Made by a program: the position numbers and the translations under genes. Positions 8,218-17,836 of a stretch of DNA of 64,000 nucleotides are shown in pieces. Source of the stretch: a virus; IMG/VR virus record IMGVR_UViG_3300042731_007310, positions 20,479 to 84,478 of that record; one strand, given 5' to 3'. Every line of letters starts with the position of its first letter. Positions within the stretch are counted from its first letter, which is position 1. A model generated the notes under the pieces. That model saw nothing but the letters and a program-made list of their open reading frames with translations, made no database searches and had not been told where the DNA came from.

Positions 8218-9690
8218 ATGTCCCTTGCACTATCCATACCGACTGAAAAACAGATTCGTAAGGCCGATAGGGTCCAATTGGAAACTTACTATCGCGATAC
8301 GTATCAGACTAGGGATGGATGGATTAGAAAACAAGTTTTAGAAAACAACAGGATTGACATACTGGCTATTGAAGTTCTTGGAAAGCAAATAGAACCTTTT
8401 CATTTGTCACTTCTGAAATATCAATTTGCTCATCCAGAAAATTTACAATTGTGTTTCCGTGGCGCTGGTAAATCAACCGTTTGTACTGAAATAAAAACGA
8501 TACACTTACTTCTGAAAAATCCAAACCTAAGAATATTGATTGCTTCTAAAACTATAGCTAATGCTAAAGGATTTTTAAAAAATATAAAATCTCATTTTGA
8601 AACTAACCAAAGGTTAGAAGAGATATTTGGTCAATACTATGATCCACGTCGAGTAGGAAAATGGGATGAAGTAGAAATAGAAGTGTTGCCAAGGACAATA
8701 GTTGCCAAAGAAGCATCAGTTACTTGTGTTGGTGTTGAAGGTACTGTTGTTTCTAAACACTACGATATAATAATATCTGATGATTTGATTGATGAAGAAA
8801 ACAGTAGAAGTAAGCTTCAAAGGGACAAAACACGTACGTGGTTTTACAACACGTTGATGCCAACGTTAGAACCGCCAGATCCGGAAGTGGAACACCGTGG
8901 TGAACATCATATGTTAGGGACTCGCTATCATTATGACGATTTATATGGTCATCTAATAGATAACGAATTGAAGGAACACCACCAAATAATTCCAGCGCTT
9001 GATAATAACGGCCGTAGTCCATGGCCTAAAAAGTTTTCGCCTAAGTGGTTTGCGGAAAAACGTAAGCGTTCCGGACTAATCATCTTCAACTGTCAATATC
9101 AGTGTGACACCGAAGCGATGAAGGGCGAGATCTTCCAATATGATCAGTGTCAACAAATATCTGAAGAAGAATGGCCAGATCACAAGAATCTTCGCGTTTT
9201 TATGGGTGTTGATCTTGCTATTAGCGAAAGTGAATCAGCCGATAAATTCGCTATAGTAGTCATAGGAATAAATAGAGACAGAAGTGCTTACTACGTTCTA
9301 GATTATTATGAAAATCAATTGAGATTCAAAGAACAGACAAAAAAGATACTGGAATACTATCGAAGATGGCGACCTATTAGGTGTGCAATCGAGACAAATC
9401 AATATCAAGCCGCACAATATCAAACCTTGAAGGAAAAGAATCCAGATATTCGACTGAAGAAGGTTCAAACTGACAAAGACAAAATAACGAGAGCTTGGAA
9501 ATTGTCGTCAATTTTTGAAGACAATAGAGTGTTTTTTAGGAAGGGAATACAGGCATTATTGATAGAGCATATGGTTCTATTCCCAAACCATAGGTATAAA
9601 GATCTCTTTGATGCTTTCGATTTATCGGTACAAGCGAGTAAAATGAAACGAAAAAGGCGTAGAAGAGAAACGGAACCGGGAGTAATGTAA
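8218..9690 (+). CDS. terL: Terminase large subunit
   Basis: Walker A-like FRGAGKST, HYDIIISDDLID Walker B, GTRYHYDDLYG motif III, FNCQYQC, nuclease GVDLAIS, IETNQYQ, FPN..YKDLFDA. Confidence 0.93.
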   Translation: MSLALSIPTEKQIRKADRVQLETYYRDTYQTRDGWIRKQVLENNRIDILAIEVLGKQIEPFHLSLLKYQFAHPENLQLCFRGAGKSTVCTEIKTIHLLLKNPNLRILIASKTIANAKGFLKNIKSHFETNQRLEEIFGQYYDPRRVGKWDEVEIEVLPRTIVAKEASVTCVGVEGTVVSKHYDIIISDDLIDEENSRSKLQRDKTRTWFYNTLMPTLEPPDPEVEHRGEHHMLGTRYHYDDLYGHLIDNELKEHHQIIPALDNNGRSPWPKKFSPKWFAEKRKRSGLIIFNCQYQCDTEAMKGEIFQYDQCQQISEEEWPDHKNLRVFMGVDLAISESESADKFAIVVIGINRDRSAYYVLDYYENQLRFKEQTKKILEYYRRWRPIRCAIETNQYQAAQYQTLKEKNPDIRLKKVQTDKDKITRAWKLSSIFEDNRVFFRKGIQALLIEHMVLFPNHRYKDLFDAFDLSVQASKMKRKRRRRETEPGVM

Positions 9691-9691
9691 A

Positions 9692-11542
9692 ATGGACAAA
9701 TCAGAACAACATAAGGCTACTATTTCGTCCAATAAAGCAAACAAGAAAGCGCTTCAGAAGGTTCGCGCTTTAGTAATAGACGTAAGTAAATCTGGTGCGG
9801 CTAATGGTTTGACAAGTAGTAATGCTGAACCTGGTAGATCTGAAGCTTTACCTGAAGAACCGTTTCACGCATTAGGGCATATGGGGAAAATACTTCTTCC
9901 GCCTTTCGATATGCTTACGTTGTCAATGTTGGTTGAGAATAATAGCGAGCTAAATCAGTGTATAGAAGCGATGGAAACCAATATTGACGCAACCGGTCAT
10001 AGGTTCATTTCTAGGCTAAGAATGGATGATATAACACCTACAAGTAATGATTCGGGTGAATCACAAGGAGAGCTTACACCGGAACAAGAAAAACTTATCT
10101 TGAACGCAAAGAAAGAAAAGGTTGGTTTGATCAATTTCTTTACCTATGCGACTTCAGAAAGTTTCGTTTCTTTTCGTAGAAAGTTGAGAAAAGATATTGA
10201 GTCAACAGGAAATTGTTACTTTGAAATAATCCGGAATGACGCTGGACAGATTCAGGGTTTTACTCATTTGCCTAGCTATCAAATGAGAATAGGTAAATTA
10301 GAAGAAGAACCCGTTGAATCTGAAAGGAGTATTCTAGAACTTCAAATAGACGGATCTGTGAAAATAAAAAAGCAAAAAGTAATTCGAAGATTCAGAAACT
10401 ATGTTCAAAGTAGATCTATTCATCAGGGAAGGGCTCAATCATCCATTACTGGTCATAAGGTTGTTTGGTTCAAAGAATTTGGTGATCCAAGATTCTACAG
10501 TAAAAGAGATGGTAAAGAAAGGAAGAGAATACAAAAAGAAGATAGGGCTACTGAAGTAATGCATCTAAAAATTTATAGCCCTAGAAGTGCTTACGGATTA
10601 CCGCGATACATTGGTAATCTACTTTCAATATTTGGTGATCGTGCGGCTGAAGAAATAAATTGGATAACCTTCAAGAACAACAACATACCTAGTATGGTTA
10701 TTGCTGTATCAAATGGGCAATTGACACAAGCAAGCGTAGAAAGAATTCAATCATTTGTTGAGTCTCAAATACAAGGATCTGACAACTATTCAAAGTTTCT
10801 TTTGGTTGAAGCTGAATCGTTGGGTGAAGAAGAAGGTGAAGATGGTGGTCAGGTAAAGATAGATATAAAGCCATTGACAGATAACCAACATAATGACGCA
10901 CTATTTCAAAATTATAGTGAAAATAATCAAGATAAAATTAGGCGTGCTTTTAGACTTCCACCTATTTTCGTTGGAAAAGCAAAGGACTATACGCGCGCTA
11001 CCGCTGAATCTTCAAGACGATTAGCTGATGAACAAATATTCAAACCAGAAAGAGACGAATTCGACGAATGTATAAACAGAATGTTGTTTCCAGAAATGGG
11101 TATAATTTATCATAAGTATAGGAGTAATACGCCAAACACCACGGATAACGCTCAATTAGTGAAGATTCTTGGTGGTGCCGAAAAGACTGGTGGTATAACT
11201 CCGCGAATTGCAAGGTTCATAATCGAAGATATTTTAGGTATAGACCTTCCGGACTTTCCGGATGATTTCCCCGCTGATGTTCCATTCTCTATGACTATGG
11301 CGCAAGCCGTAAAGAACAAGGCCGATCCGACTGAACCCGGTCAACAGGTCACAGCATTGAAGACATTGAAGTCACTTGGAATAATCGACGATGACGGTGA
11401 TTTTGATTTGGCAAGTCTTGAACTTGAGGATCTGGATGAGAGTGATCCTGAAAGTGTAATGGACGTTGCTAAAAAATTGTTGTCATTGAACAGAGCGGCT
11501 GAAATTTTGTGGCGTCAAAAAGTTATGGAAGAAGTTGAATGA
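9692..11542 (+). CDS. Portal protein (PBSX family)
   Basis: Follows TerL; DIESTGNCYFEIIRN, EVMHLKIYSP...YGLPRYIG, FKNNNIPS, AFRLPPIFVG...YTRATAE. Confidence 0.9.
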   Translation: MDKSEQHKATISSNKANKKALQKVRALVIDVSKSGAANGLTSSNAEPGRSEALPEEPFHALGHMGKILLPPFDMLTLSMLVENNSELNQCIEAMETNIDATGHRFISRLRMDDITPTSNDSGESQGELTPEQEKLILNAKKEKVGLINFFTYATSESFVSFRRKLRKDIESTGNCYFEIIRNDAGQIQGFTHLPSYQMRIGKLEEEPVESERSILELQIDGSVKIKKQKVIRRFRNYVQSRSIHQGRAQSSITGHKVVWFKEFGDPRFYSKRDGKERKRIQKEDRATEVMHLKIYSPRSAYGLPRYIGNLLSIFGDRAAEEINWITFKNNNIPSMVIAVSNGQLTQASVERIQSFVESQIQGSDNYSKFLLVEAESLGEEEGEDGGQVKIDIKPLTDNQHNDALFQNYSENNQDKIRRAFRLPPIFVGKAKDYTRATAESSRRLADEQIFKPERDEFDECINRMLFPEMGIIYHKYRSNTPNTTDNAQLVKILGGAEKTGGITPRIARFIIEDILGIDLPDFPDDFPADVPFSMTMAQAVKNKADPTEPGQQVTALKTLKSLGIIDDDGDFDLASLELEDLDESDPESVMDVAKKLLSLNRAAEILWRQKVMEEVE

Positions 11543-12771
11543 AAACGGTCGATTTATACCACGGACTTCATTGTGAATGTTGTTCTAGTCGTATCAATAT
11601 TCTTCATGATGTTTTAGCGTATTCTGATGAAGCCATAGCTAAGGCGTTGATGATAAGCGACGTTGCACATATGGCAAGGATTGAAGTGCGTATGCGCGAA
11701 TACCTTTTGTCAAAATGGAGATTACGCGCAGATCAAGCGGCTAAAAAGGCTGGTGGTGTATACGCGAGTACGGGATCTTTGAAAACGTCTTTCGCGGCTG
11801 TAGACAAAATAATGGATAAATGGGATGAAGAAGTAGCCGTTCGTTTTGGTAAAGATATAGGAGAAATTTACAAGTTAGCTAGAAATGCCGGTTGGAAAAA
11901 AGCAAACGGTCAAACTTCAGCTTCACTACAATATATTGTTCCTAACTTCACCGAAGAACTGGAAGAAAAGGTGAAGAAGGCAAAAAAAATAAAAAGAAGG
12001 GTTGCCGCTGTAAAACCTTCTTTCGACTTGTTTGATGAACAAGCCGTGATGCAACTACAAGACGATCAAATGTTATGGATAGGAGTTCATTACAATAAGA
12101 ATGTAAGAGACACTGTAAGGGAATCGGTAAAACCTAGTGTAGTAGAAGGGGTAAGTAGAACTGAAGCCGGAAGGCGTGTGGCTGAAGCCGTTGGAAAACA
12201 ACTGAGAAAAATAACGGTCCCTGGTGGATTCAACGGATCTGATGCAAAGTATTTTGAAGGTTTAGCCGCTAATACGGCTACCAATAGTCGCGTTCGTGGT
12301 CAATTACGAAGCTTCGTTGATGTAGGGGTTACCAGATATGAAATAATGAATCCAATGGATAACAGAACTTCACCCATTTGTGCTTATATGAATGGAAAGG
12401 TTTTTACTATTAGAGAAGGGGCCTCACTAATCGCTAAAGTTTCTGGTGCTACTAATCCAGATCAGGTAAAAGAAGCTCACCCATGGGTATCAACAACGGA
12501 AGCAAAAAGAATAGGTAGTGGTGGTGAAAGAGCCCTTGCTAAAGCTGGTTTATCACTTCCACCATATCATTTTCGTTGTAGAAGCACGGTAGACATATCT
12601 ACTGAATCTGTTTCATTTGGTTCGTTATCGAAAGCCGAAATGATAGACGTTCCTAGTCGTAAACAACCGACTAGACAAAATACTCCAAAGAATAGAAAGC
12701 CTACTTCAAAACCAAAGCAATCCAAACCTACCAAACGTCCTGCAACACTTCCGGAAATTGGTAAAGTTTGA
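11539..12771 (+). CDS. Minor head morphogenesis protein (MuF / SPP1 gp7-like)
   Basis: DNRTSPICAYMNGKVF and LPPYHFRCRST MuF signature; lies after the portal gene. Confidence 0.88.
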   Translation: MKTVDLYHGLHCECCSSRINILHDVLAYSDEAIAKALMISDVAHMARIEVRMREYLLSKWRLRADQAAKKAGGVYASTGSLKTSFAAVDKIMDKWDEEVAVRFGKDIGEIYKLARNAGWKKANGQTSASLQYIVPNFTEELEEKVKKAKKIKRRVAAVKPSFDLFDEQAVMQLQDDQMLWIGVHYNKNVRDTVRESVKPSVVEGVSRTEAGRRVAEAVGKQLRKITVPGGFNGSDAKYFEGLAANTATNSRVRGQLRSFVDVGVTRYEIMNPMDNRTSPICAYMNGKVFTIREGASLIAKVSGATNPDQVKEAHPWVSTTEAKRIGSGGERALAKAGLSLPPYHFRCRSTVDISTESVSFGSLSKAEMIDVPSRKQPTRQNTPKNRKPTSKPKQSKPTKRPATLPEIGKV

Positions 12772-12803
12772 AGGTCTAGCGGATATCACGCTATCATAAA
12801 AAT
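12768..12803 (+). promoter_or_regulatory. Putative sigma70-type promoter giving a leaderless transcript of the protease gene
   Basis: TTGAAG (12768-73), N18, TATCAT (12792-97), then 6 nt to ATG 12804 with no Shine-Dalgarno. Confidence 0.4.
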
Positions 12804-13343
12804 ATGAACGATATTGCGCGCCACATTGAAGGCATAGCTGAATGTGTCAGAAAAACAACCGTTCCAGCGCTTAGAGAAGAAGCGCGAAAAGAAATGGTTG
12901 TTGATACAGAAAAAGATACGTCTACAGAAAATTCACCAGATGAACAGAAGTCCGTAAAAAAGCAGATAGAAGTTTCGATCGCTAAAGCAGACGAAGAACA
13001 ACAGACGGTTACTGGTATTGTACTTCAGCCTGAAGTGGTGGATGGTCAAGGCGATATCATGTCTGAAGAAGTTATTAGAGATAGCGCTTATGCTTTTCTG
13101 ATGAACTTCAATAAGGCAACCAAATTAGGCATTCAGCACAATAAATTCCCTGTTGGAAAACTTGCGTTGGTTGAAAGTTGGCTTTCTCCTATGGAAATGG
13201 CAATAGGTACTAAGACGGTCAAACAGGGTTCTTGGATTATGACCGTAAAAATACTGGACAAAAAACTTTGGGAGAAAGTAAAGAAGGGTGAAATAACCGG
13301 CTTTAGTATTGGTGGTAAGGCCAAGGTTGTTGCATCAACATAG
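12804..13343 (+). CDS. xkdF: XkdF-like prohead (serine) protease domain
   Basis: KADEEQQTVTGIVLQPEVVDGQGD, IQH, LVESWLSP, KQGSWIMTVKI...LWEKVKKGEITGFSIGG. Confidence 0.88.
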   Translation: MNDIARHIEGIAECVRKTTVPALREEARKEMVVDTEKDTSTENSPDEQKSVKKQIEVSIAKADEEQQTVTGIVLQPEVVDGQGDIMSEEVIRDSAYAFLMNFNKATKLGIQHNKFPVGKLALVESWLSPMEMAIGTKTVKQGSWIMTVKILDKKLWEKVKKGEITGFSIGGKAKVVAST

Positions 13344-13359
13344 CAAGGAAACCAAAATC

Positions 13360-14319
13360 ATGCCTAAGAAACCTACGAGAAGATTTCTAAAATTAGATAC
13401 CAATGAGGTATCGTTAGTTGATGTTCCAGCAAACGAAGTTCCGTTTCTGGTTACTAAAAATCAAGATCAAATGGAGAATGATAACATGAGTGCACAAGCC
13501 GGAAATCAAAACATCGACGGTGAAAGTGTTCAAGTGCAAGTTGACGGTTCCGAAAGTTCCGTTCAAAAGGCAATAGAACATGTTAATTCTATCGTCGAAA
13601 ATATCACGAAAGTTGTCACCGTAAAAAACCAGGGAGCGGAAGGAAACGAACAAGATAACGCTCAATCGGCCGATTCCGGTGATACCACAGATGTTAGCAA
13701 GGCTACGATCAAGTCCGTACTTTCTGCTTTAGGAATGAGCGGAGATGATATGAAAAAGGCTTGCGACAAATTGAAGGCGGCTGGATTCAATCCAAATCAG
13801 CAATTCCCTTCAGCACAACCACCTGTCAAAAAGGATGCAAAGGGTGAAGGTTCTGAAGGTGAAACGGAAACACAAAAGTCTGATACCGATTCTGTCGTAC
13901 AGGATCAACCGCTTACCATGCAATCGCTAGCTGAAGCTGTTCAAAAAGCAGCGGCTTTTACGCCTAGCAGAATAGAACAACTGAAGAATGCTCAGGAAAT
14001 CTTGAAGCTTGTTCTTGAAGCGGTTGCTCCCAATACATCACCCAAAACAAAAGTTCCGGGTGTTGAGAGTCATAGCAATCCGAGTGCCGTAAGCGATCTT
14101 TCTCAACCGACCAAGAAGCCGGTTATGAAGAATGCTGATGATAACGGAGAATTTGTTACAGCACTCAAAGCGCTAGCTGATGGCGTAAAGACCCTAACGG
14201 AACGTGTCGAGAATATCGAAAAGACTCGTAACGCTAGCAATAGCGTAGAAGATGACGGTGACACTGACACCAATACGGATACACAAAAGAGTAAAGGCCT
14301 TTGGAACGGACTTCTGTAG
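13360..14319 (+). CDS. Capsid scaffolding protein carrying the 'EVSLVDxPAN' protease strand at its N-terminus
   Basis: Between protease and MCP; RBS AAGGA before ATG 13360; low-complexity body, C-terminal coiled coil (LKALADGVKTLTERVENIEKTR) and tail KSKGLWNGLL. Confidence 0.8.
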   Translation: MPKKPTRRFLKLDTNEVSLVDVPANEVPFLVTKNQDQMENDNMSAQAGNQNIDGESVQVQVDGSESSVQKAIEHVNSIVENITKVVTVKNQGAEGNEQDNAQSADSGDTTDVSKATIKSVLSALGMSGDDMKKACDKLKAAGFNPNQQFPSAQPPVKKDAKGEGSEGETETQKSDTDSVVQDQPLTMQSLAEAVQKAAAFTPSRIEQLKNAQEILKLVLEAVAPNTSPKTKVPGVESHSNPSAVSDLSQPTKKPVMKNADDNGEFVTALKALADGVKTLTERVENIEKTRNASNSVEDDGDTDTNTDTQKSKGLWNGLL

Positions 14320-14371
14320 AGAATAACGGTCACAAGGCGCAAACAAAAGAAACTTTCAAGGAGAAACAGAA

Positions 14372-15574
14372 ATGACTATTTCAAATGAGGACATTGTCAG
14401 CAAGGCGGCAATCACCGCTGATGCAATAGCGGCAAGCGGAAAGTTGAACAATGCGCAATCAGATCGTTTCATCGATTTTGTTATTGATGAGACCGTTCTA
14501 AAGGACAACGCGCGTATCGTTCGGTTCCGAAACGAAAATCTAGAAATCGATAAAATCGGTGTTGGCCGACGTGTGGCCGTACCGAAGTCTGAAGCGGTTG
14601 ACCCACAGGTTAGACGCGGAATCACGACTTCAAAAGTTACTTTGACTCCGCACGAATTATGCGTTCCGTTCGAGATCGGTGATAGCTTCAGAGAGCTGAA
14701 TATCGAAGGTGATAGCATCGAAGAAACAATTATCCGATTGATGGCTACGCAACTTGCAAACGATCTGGAAGATCTATACATCAATGGTAACGAACTAGGT
14801 CCAGCGGTTCCACAATCCGATATTTTGGAAAATGGAAGTTCAGACGAAGTCAAAGATGCATACTTGGCACTCTGTGACGGTTGGTCTATTCTCGCTGATG
14901 GTTCGAACATCGTTGACGCGCAAGGCCAAAATATCGGTCTATCGATTTTCAGCAAAGCAATCCGAGCCATGCCGACCAAATTTAGACGGAATCGATCGGC
15001 TCTACGGTGGTTTATCAGTCCGGACCTTTGGCAGCTATACCTAGAGAAGTTGTCAACGCGCGCTACCGCGTTGGGTGATGACGCTGCTAGGGGTGGTGGT
15101 GGAATGCCTGGACCTTTCGGAATTACCGCTGTTCCAGTTCCGTTGTGGGAGTTTGAACCGCTTACGGTTGAACATGTGACCTTGACCGGAACAACCGCTG
15201 TAGCTCTAGCTAACGCCCCTGTAGTTGACGTTGTAGTTCATCCGGAAACGTTGGATAAGGTTCCTACCGTTGCTTATGTTGAAGGCGCTGGTAATGACTA
15301 TATCCTTGACGCAACCAACGGAACGATAGCTCGTGACGGTGCTAGTACAATTGGTAGTGGCGATACGGTCAAAGTAACCTACCGTTCGAATCCACAGATT
15401 CTATTGACCCATATGAATAACATGATCATTGGTATCGGACGTGATATCAGAATCGAAAAGGATCGTGATATCTATAAGGGCGTGAATCAGTATGCGATTA
15501 CCGCGAAAGTTGACGTAGAATATGAGGAACTTACGGCAATCGTGAAGGTTAGAAACATCGGAAAGGGTGTATAA
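14372..15574 (+). CDS. Major capsid protein (HK97 fold, XkdG/P2-like) with an inserted beta domain
   Basis: RBS AAGGAG; GKLNNAQSDRFID, NIEG, ANDLEDLYINGN, MPTKFRRN, NMIIGIGRDIRIEKDRD. Confidence 0.92.
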   Translation: MTISNEDIVSKAAITADAIAASGKLNNAQSDRFIDFVIDETVLKDNARIVRFRNENLEIDKIGVGRRVAVPKSEAVDPQVRRGITTSKVTLTPHELCVPFEIGDSFRELNIEGDSIEETIIRLMATQLANDLEDLYINGNELGPAVPQSDILENGSSDEVKDAYLALCDGWSILADGSNIVDAQGQNIGLSIFSKAIRAMPTKFRRNRSALRWFISPDLWQLYLEKLSTRATALGDDAARGGGGMPGPFGITAVPVPLWEFEPLTVEHVTLTGTTAVALANAPVVDVVVHPETLDKVPTVAYVEGAGNDYILDATNGTIARDGASTIGSGDTVKVTYRSNPQILLTHMNNMIIGIGRDIRIEKDRDIYKGVNQYAITAKVDVEYEELTAIVKVRNIGKGV

Positions 15575-15658
15575 TTACTACCCAAAAATAAGCTTGTGAT
15601 GTATTTTCACTAAGCAACAACGATCATTTTGATTGATCCAAACAAGGAGATTCAAGAA

Positions 15659-16147
15659 ATGGCAAAAGGTTTTCAAGCAAAAATACAGTTATCTAAGACA
15701 AAACGCGCCCCCGTATCCCACACGGGATTTAGGGGGCGTTTCGTCAAAAAGGGCGATAGCTTCATCACAACGGATCCCGTTGAAGTTCGGTATTATCAGT
15801 CTCAACCTGGTTTTAGCATAGCGATCTTATCGGGAAAGTTTACGGCTAAACCGGTTCAAGAAGAAGAGATTGATGAAGATATCGACGAACGGGATGACGA
15901 AGATGAAGTTGAAGAAGAAGACGAAGAACGTAACGAAGAAGTAGATGGTCTTTACGAAAAAGCAGACCTGAAAAAAATGAGTCAAAAGGATTTGAAAAAA
16001 CTCATAAAAGACGATGACGAACTTCCGTTGACGTTGAAGGATATTCCGAAGAAGGCGAGCAAAAACGAAATAATCGATTTGATTTTGGAAGCACAAAATC
16101 AATCGGACGATGACGACGAAGAAGACGACGAAGAAGACGACGAATAA
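15659..16147 (+). CDS. Acidic head-associated protein with HeH/Rho-N-like domain
   Basis: RBS AAGGAG; LKKMSQKDLKKLI...KASKNEIIDLIL; two D/E tracts; position right after MCP is typical for HeH/LEM proteins. Confidence 0.65.
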   Translation: MAKGFQAKIQLSKTKRAPVSHTGFRGRFVKKGDSFITTDPVEVRYYQSQPGFSIAILSGKFTAKPVQEEEIDEDIDERDDEDEVEEEDEERNEEVDGLYEKADLKKMSQKDLKKLIKDDDELPLTLKDIPKKASKNEIIDLILEAQNQSDDDDEEDDEEDDE

Positions 16148-16180
16148 GCCGTATCATTGTCGCTTCAGGGAGATTGAACC

Positions 16181-16561
16181 ATGTTTTTTATCAAATTCGG
16201 ACATAACGCTTCAATCCAACAGGTTGAAGGATTTCCGAAAGATTGTGAGCGTTCGTGTGAAGGCGCTCTACATGTGAGACCAGGGGCGACAAAAAATGTC
16301 ACAAAATCCGAATTGGAACGACTTCAAGAATTGAAAATTCCCCTGATGGTTATACGCGAGCCAGTAAAAGTCAAAGTGGTCGAATCAGAATCAACAGAAT
16401 TGCCCAGTGACGATGTTGAAATCATACTTTCTACGCCATACGACGAAAATTCTGATCTATCGGTCGTAGAAAACTTTGACGCCTTAGAAGGGCATTCTGT
16501 GGACTCTGAAGAAGATTCAGACCAAAAAGAGAAAAAGGGGAAAAAGCGAAAGAAGTACTAG
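16181..16561 (+). CDS. Hypothetical protein
   Basis: GGGAG RBS; operon orientation. Confidence 0.65.
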   Translation: MFFIKFGHNASIQQVEGFPKDCERSCEGALHVRPGATKNVTKSELERLQELKIPLMVIREPVKVKVVESESTELPSDDVEIILSTPYDENSDLSVVENFDALEGHSVDSEEDSDQKEKKGKKRKKY

Positions 16562-16591
16562 TTCCGATCGGCTCCAACCGAAAGAACTGTT

Positions 16592-17005
16592 GTGCTGAAG
16601 ATACACACATGTGACGGCCAAACACTTAGGGTTGATTTGGCTGATGAAGAACAAGCGCGCTTTTGGCTTGAACGTTTGGGTAAAGAAGAGTTTCAAGCTA
16701 CAATCAATGGTGTGTCATTGGTGGAACGACATAACGTTGGAAGGTGTTCTGAATGTGGTAGAAAATACGGTAAAGAGATCGGTGTTCAGTATTCGATTAC
16801 AAGACCGGATGATTTCCGAAAAGTGTTTTTCCATATCGAAAATATTCCAGCTAACGGAAAGATAAAGGGTGGTGAAAGGGTAACCGTGTTTTCTGATGAA
16901 ATACGCCTTGTCCTTATGGCTCATCGTTCACAACCAGCGGCTAGAATAACAGTATCAAAAACCGGAAAGCAGAAATACAATCCATTTCAGGGAGCGAAAA
17001 AATGA
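16592..17005 (+). CDS. Hypothetical protein (CxxC insert)
   Basis: GTG start; ATGA overlap with the next gene. Confidence 0.6.
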   Translation: MLKIHTCDGQTLRVDLADEEQARFWLERLGKEEFQATINGVSLVERHNVGRCSECGRKYGKEIGVQYSITRPDDFRKVFFHIENIPANGKIKGGERVTVFSDEIRLVLMAHRSQPAARITVSKTGKQKYNPFQGAKK

Positions 17006-17790
17006 GTAATCCCATTACACAAAATATTTTTGTTCGTAAAGATATCAAATTGGCAACTGGCGAAAGTGTCAGTGACTTCACTAAAAAGTTGCGTGAAAGT
17101 TGCGTGAAATGGGCTAGACAGAAATTGGCGCTTGATGTGAAGAAGGGAGATATCTATCCGGTTGAGATTTTCAGTTCAGCCGTTGTTTTTGATGTCTATA
17201 AATACGACTCTGAACCCGGAAACAGACAACAGTATTTCGCTTGTAAATACAAGCGTCAAGATACTGGTGGGTTTGAATTTGAAAGTCTAATGGAAGTCGA
17301 AAGGGTTGTTTCATTTCAACAGAAACAAAATGCCCCTGTTATGAAGTCCAAAGGAATCGAAGTAGACGTTGAAAAGGCGCCATTGTCTACGGCTACAATC
17401 AACGATTTACCAGATGCGGCTTTCGCGATTATTCTACCTGGTGGAAAAAAAGACGCGAGCGGAAAAACTACACCACGTAATCTTCGAATGTTGCCGCATC
17501 ATACGCGCAATGTTCAGAGTGCTAGCGAAGATAGTACGATTGATATGCCACGTTTGAGGAATGCATTAGCAAGATTGAATCAAGCTAAGTTGAGTCAGGA
17601 ACAAAGAAGTAGGGCTAGTAATCATTTGGATAAACACGCTAATGCGGTTTTGGCTAGCCGTGGTGGTGATCCAGGGAAGATCGATGCTACCCGTGGAAAT
17701 CGCGCTGGTGCTAAACCAGTAAAGAAGGCACTTGACGTTTGTGATGGTTGGATAGAAACGTCAAAATCATTTTGGAATGGAGTGATCTGA
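17002..17790 (+). CDS. Two-domain head-associated protein with C-terminal KSFWNGVI tag
   Basis: Second domain INDLPDAAFA..PGG.KD..GKT.PR.LR.LPHH...ID.PRLRNALARL.Q is one I recall in phage head/protease proteins; tail matches the scaffold tail. Confidence 0.75.
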   Translation: MSNPITQNIFVRKDIKLATGESVSDFTKKLRESCVKWARQKLALDVKKGDIYPVEIFSSAVVFDVYKYDSEPGNRQQYFACKYKRQDTGGFEFESLMEVERVVSFQQKQNAPVMKSKGIEVDVEKAPLSTATINDLPDAAFAIILPGGKKDASGKTTPRNLRMLPHHTRNVQSASEDSTIDMPRLRNALARLNQAKLSQEQRSRASNHLDKHANAVLASRGGDPGKIDATRGNRAGAKPVKKALDVCDGWIETSKSFWNGVI

Positions 17791-17836
17791 AAACATCTTT
17801 GGTATGGGAAACCATCACCATTTATAGTGAGGAATT

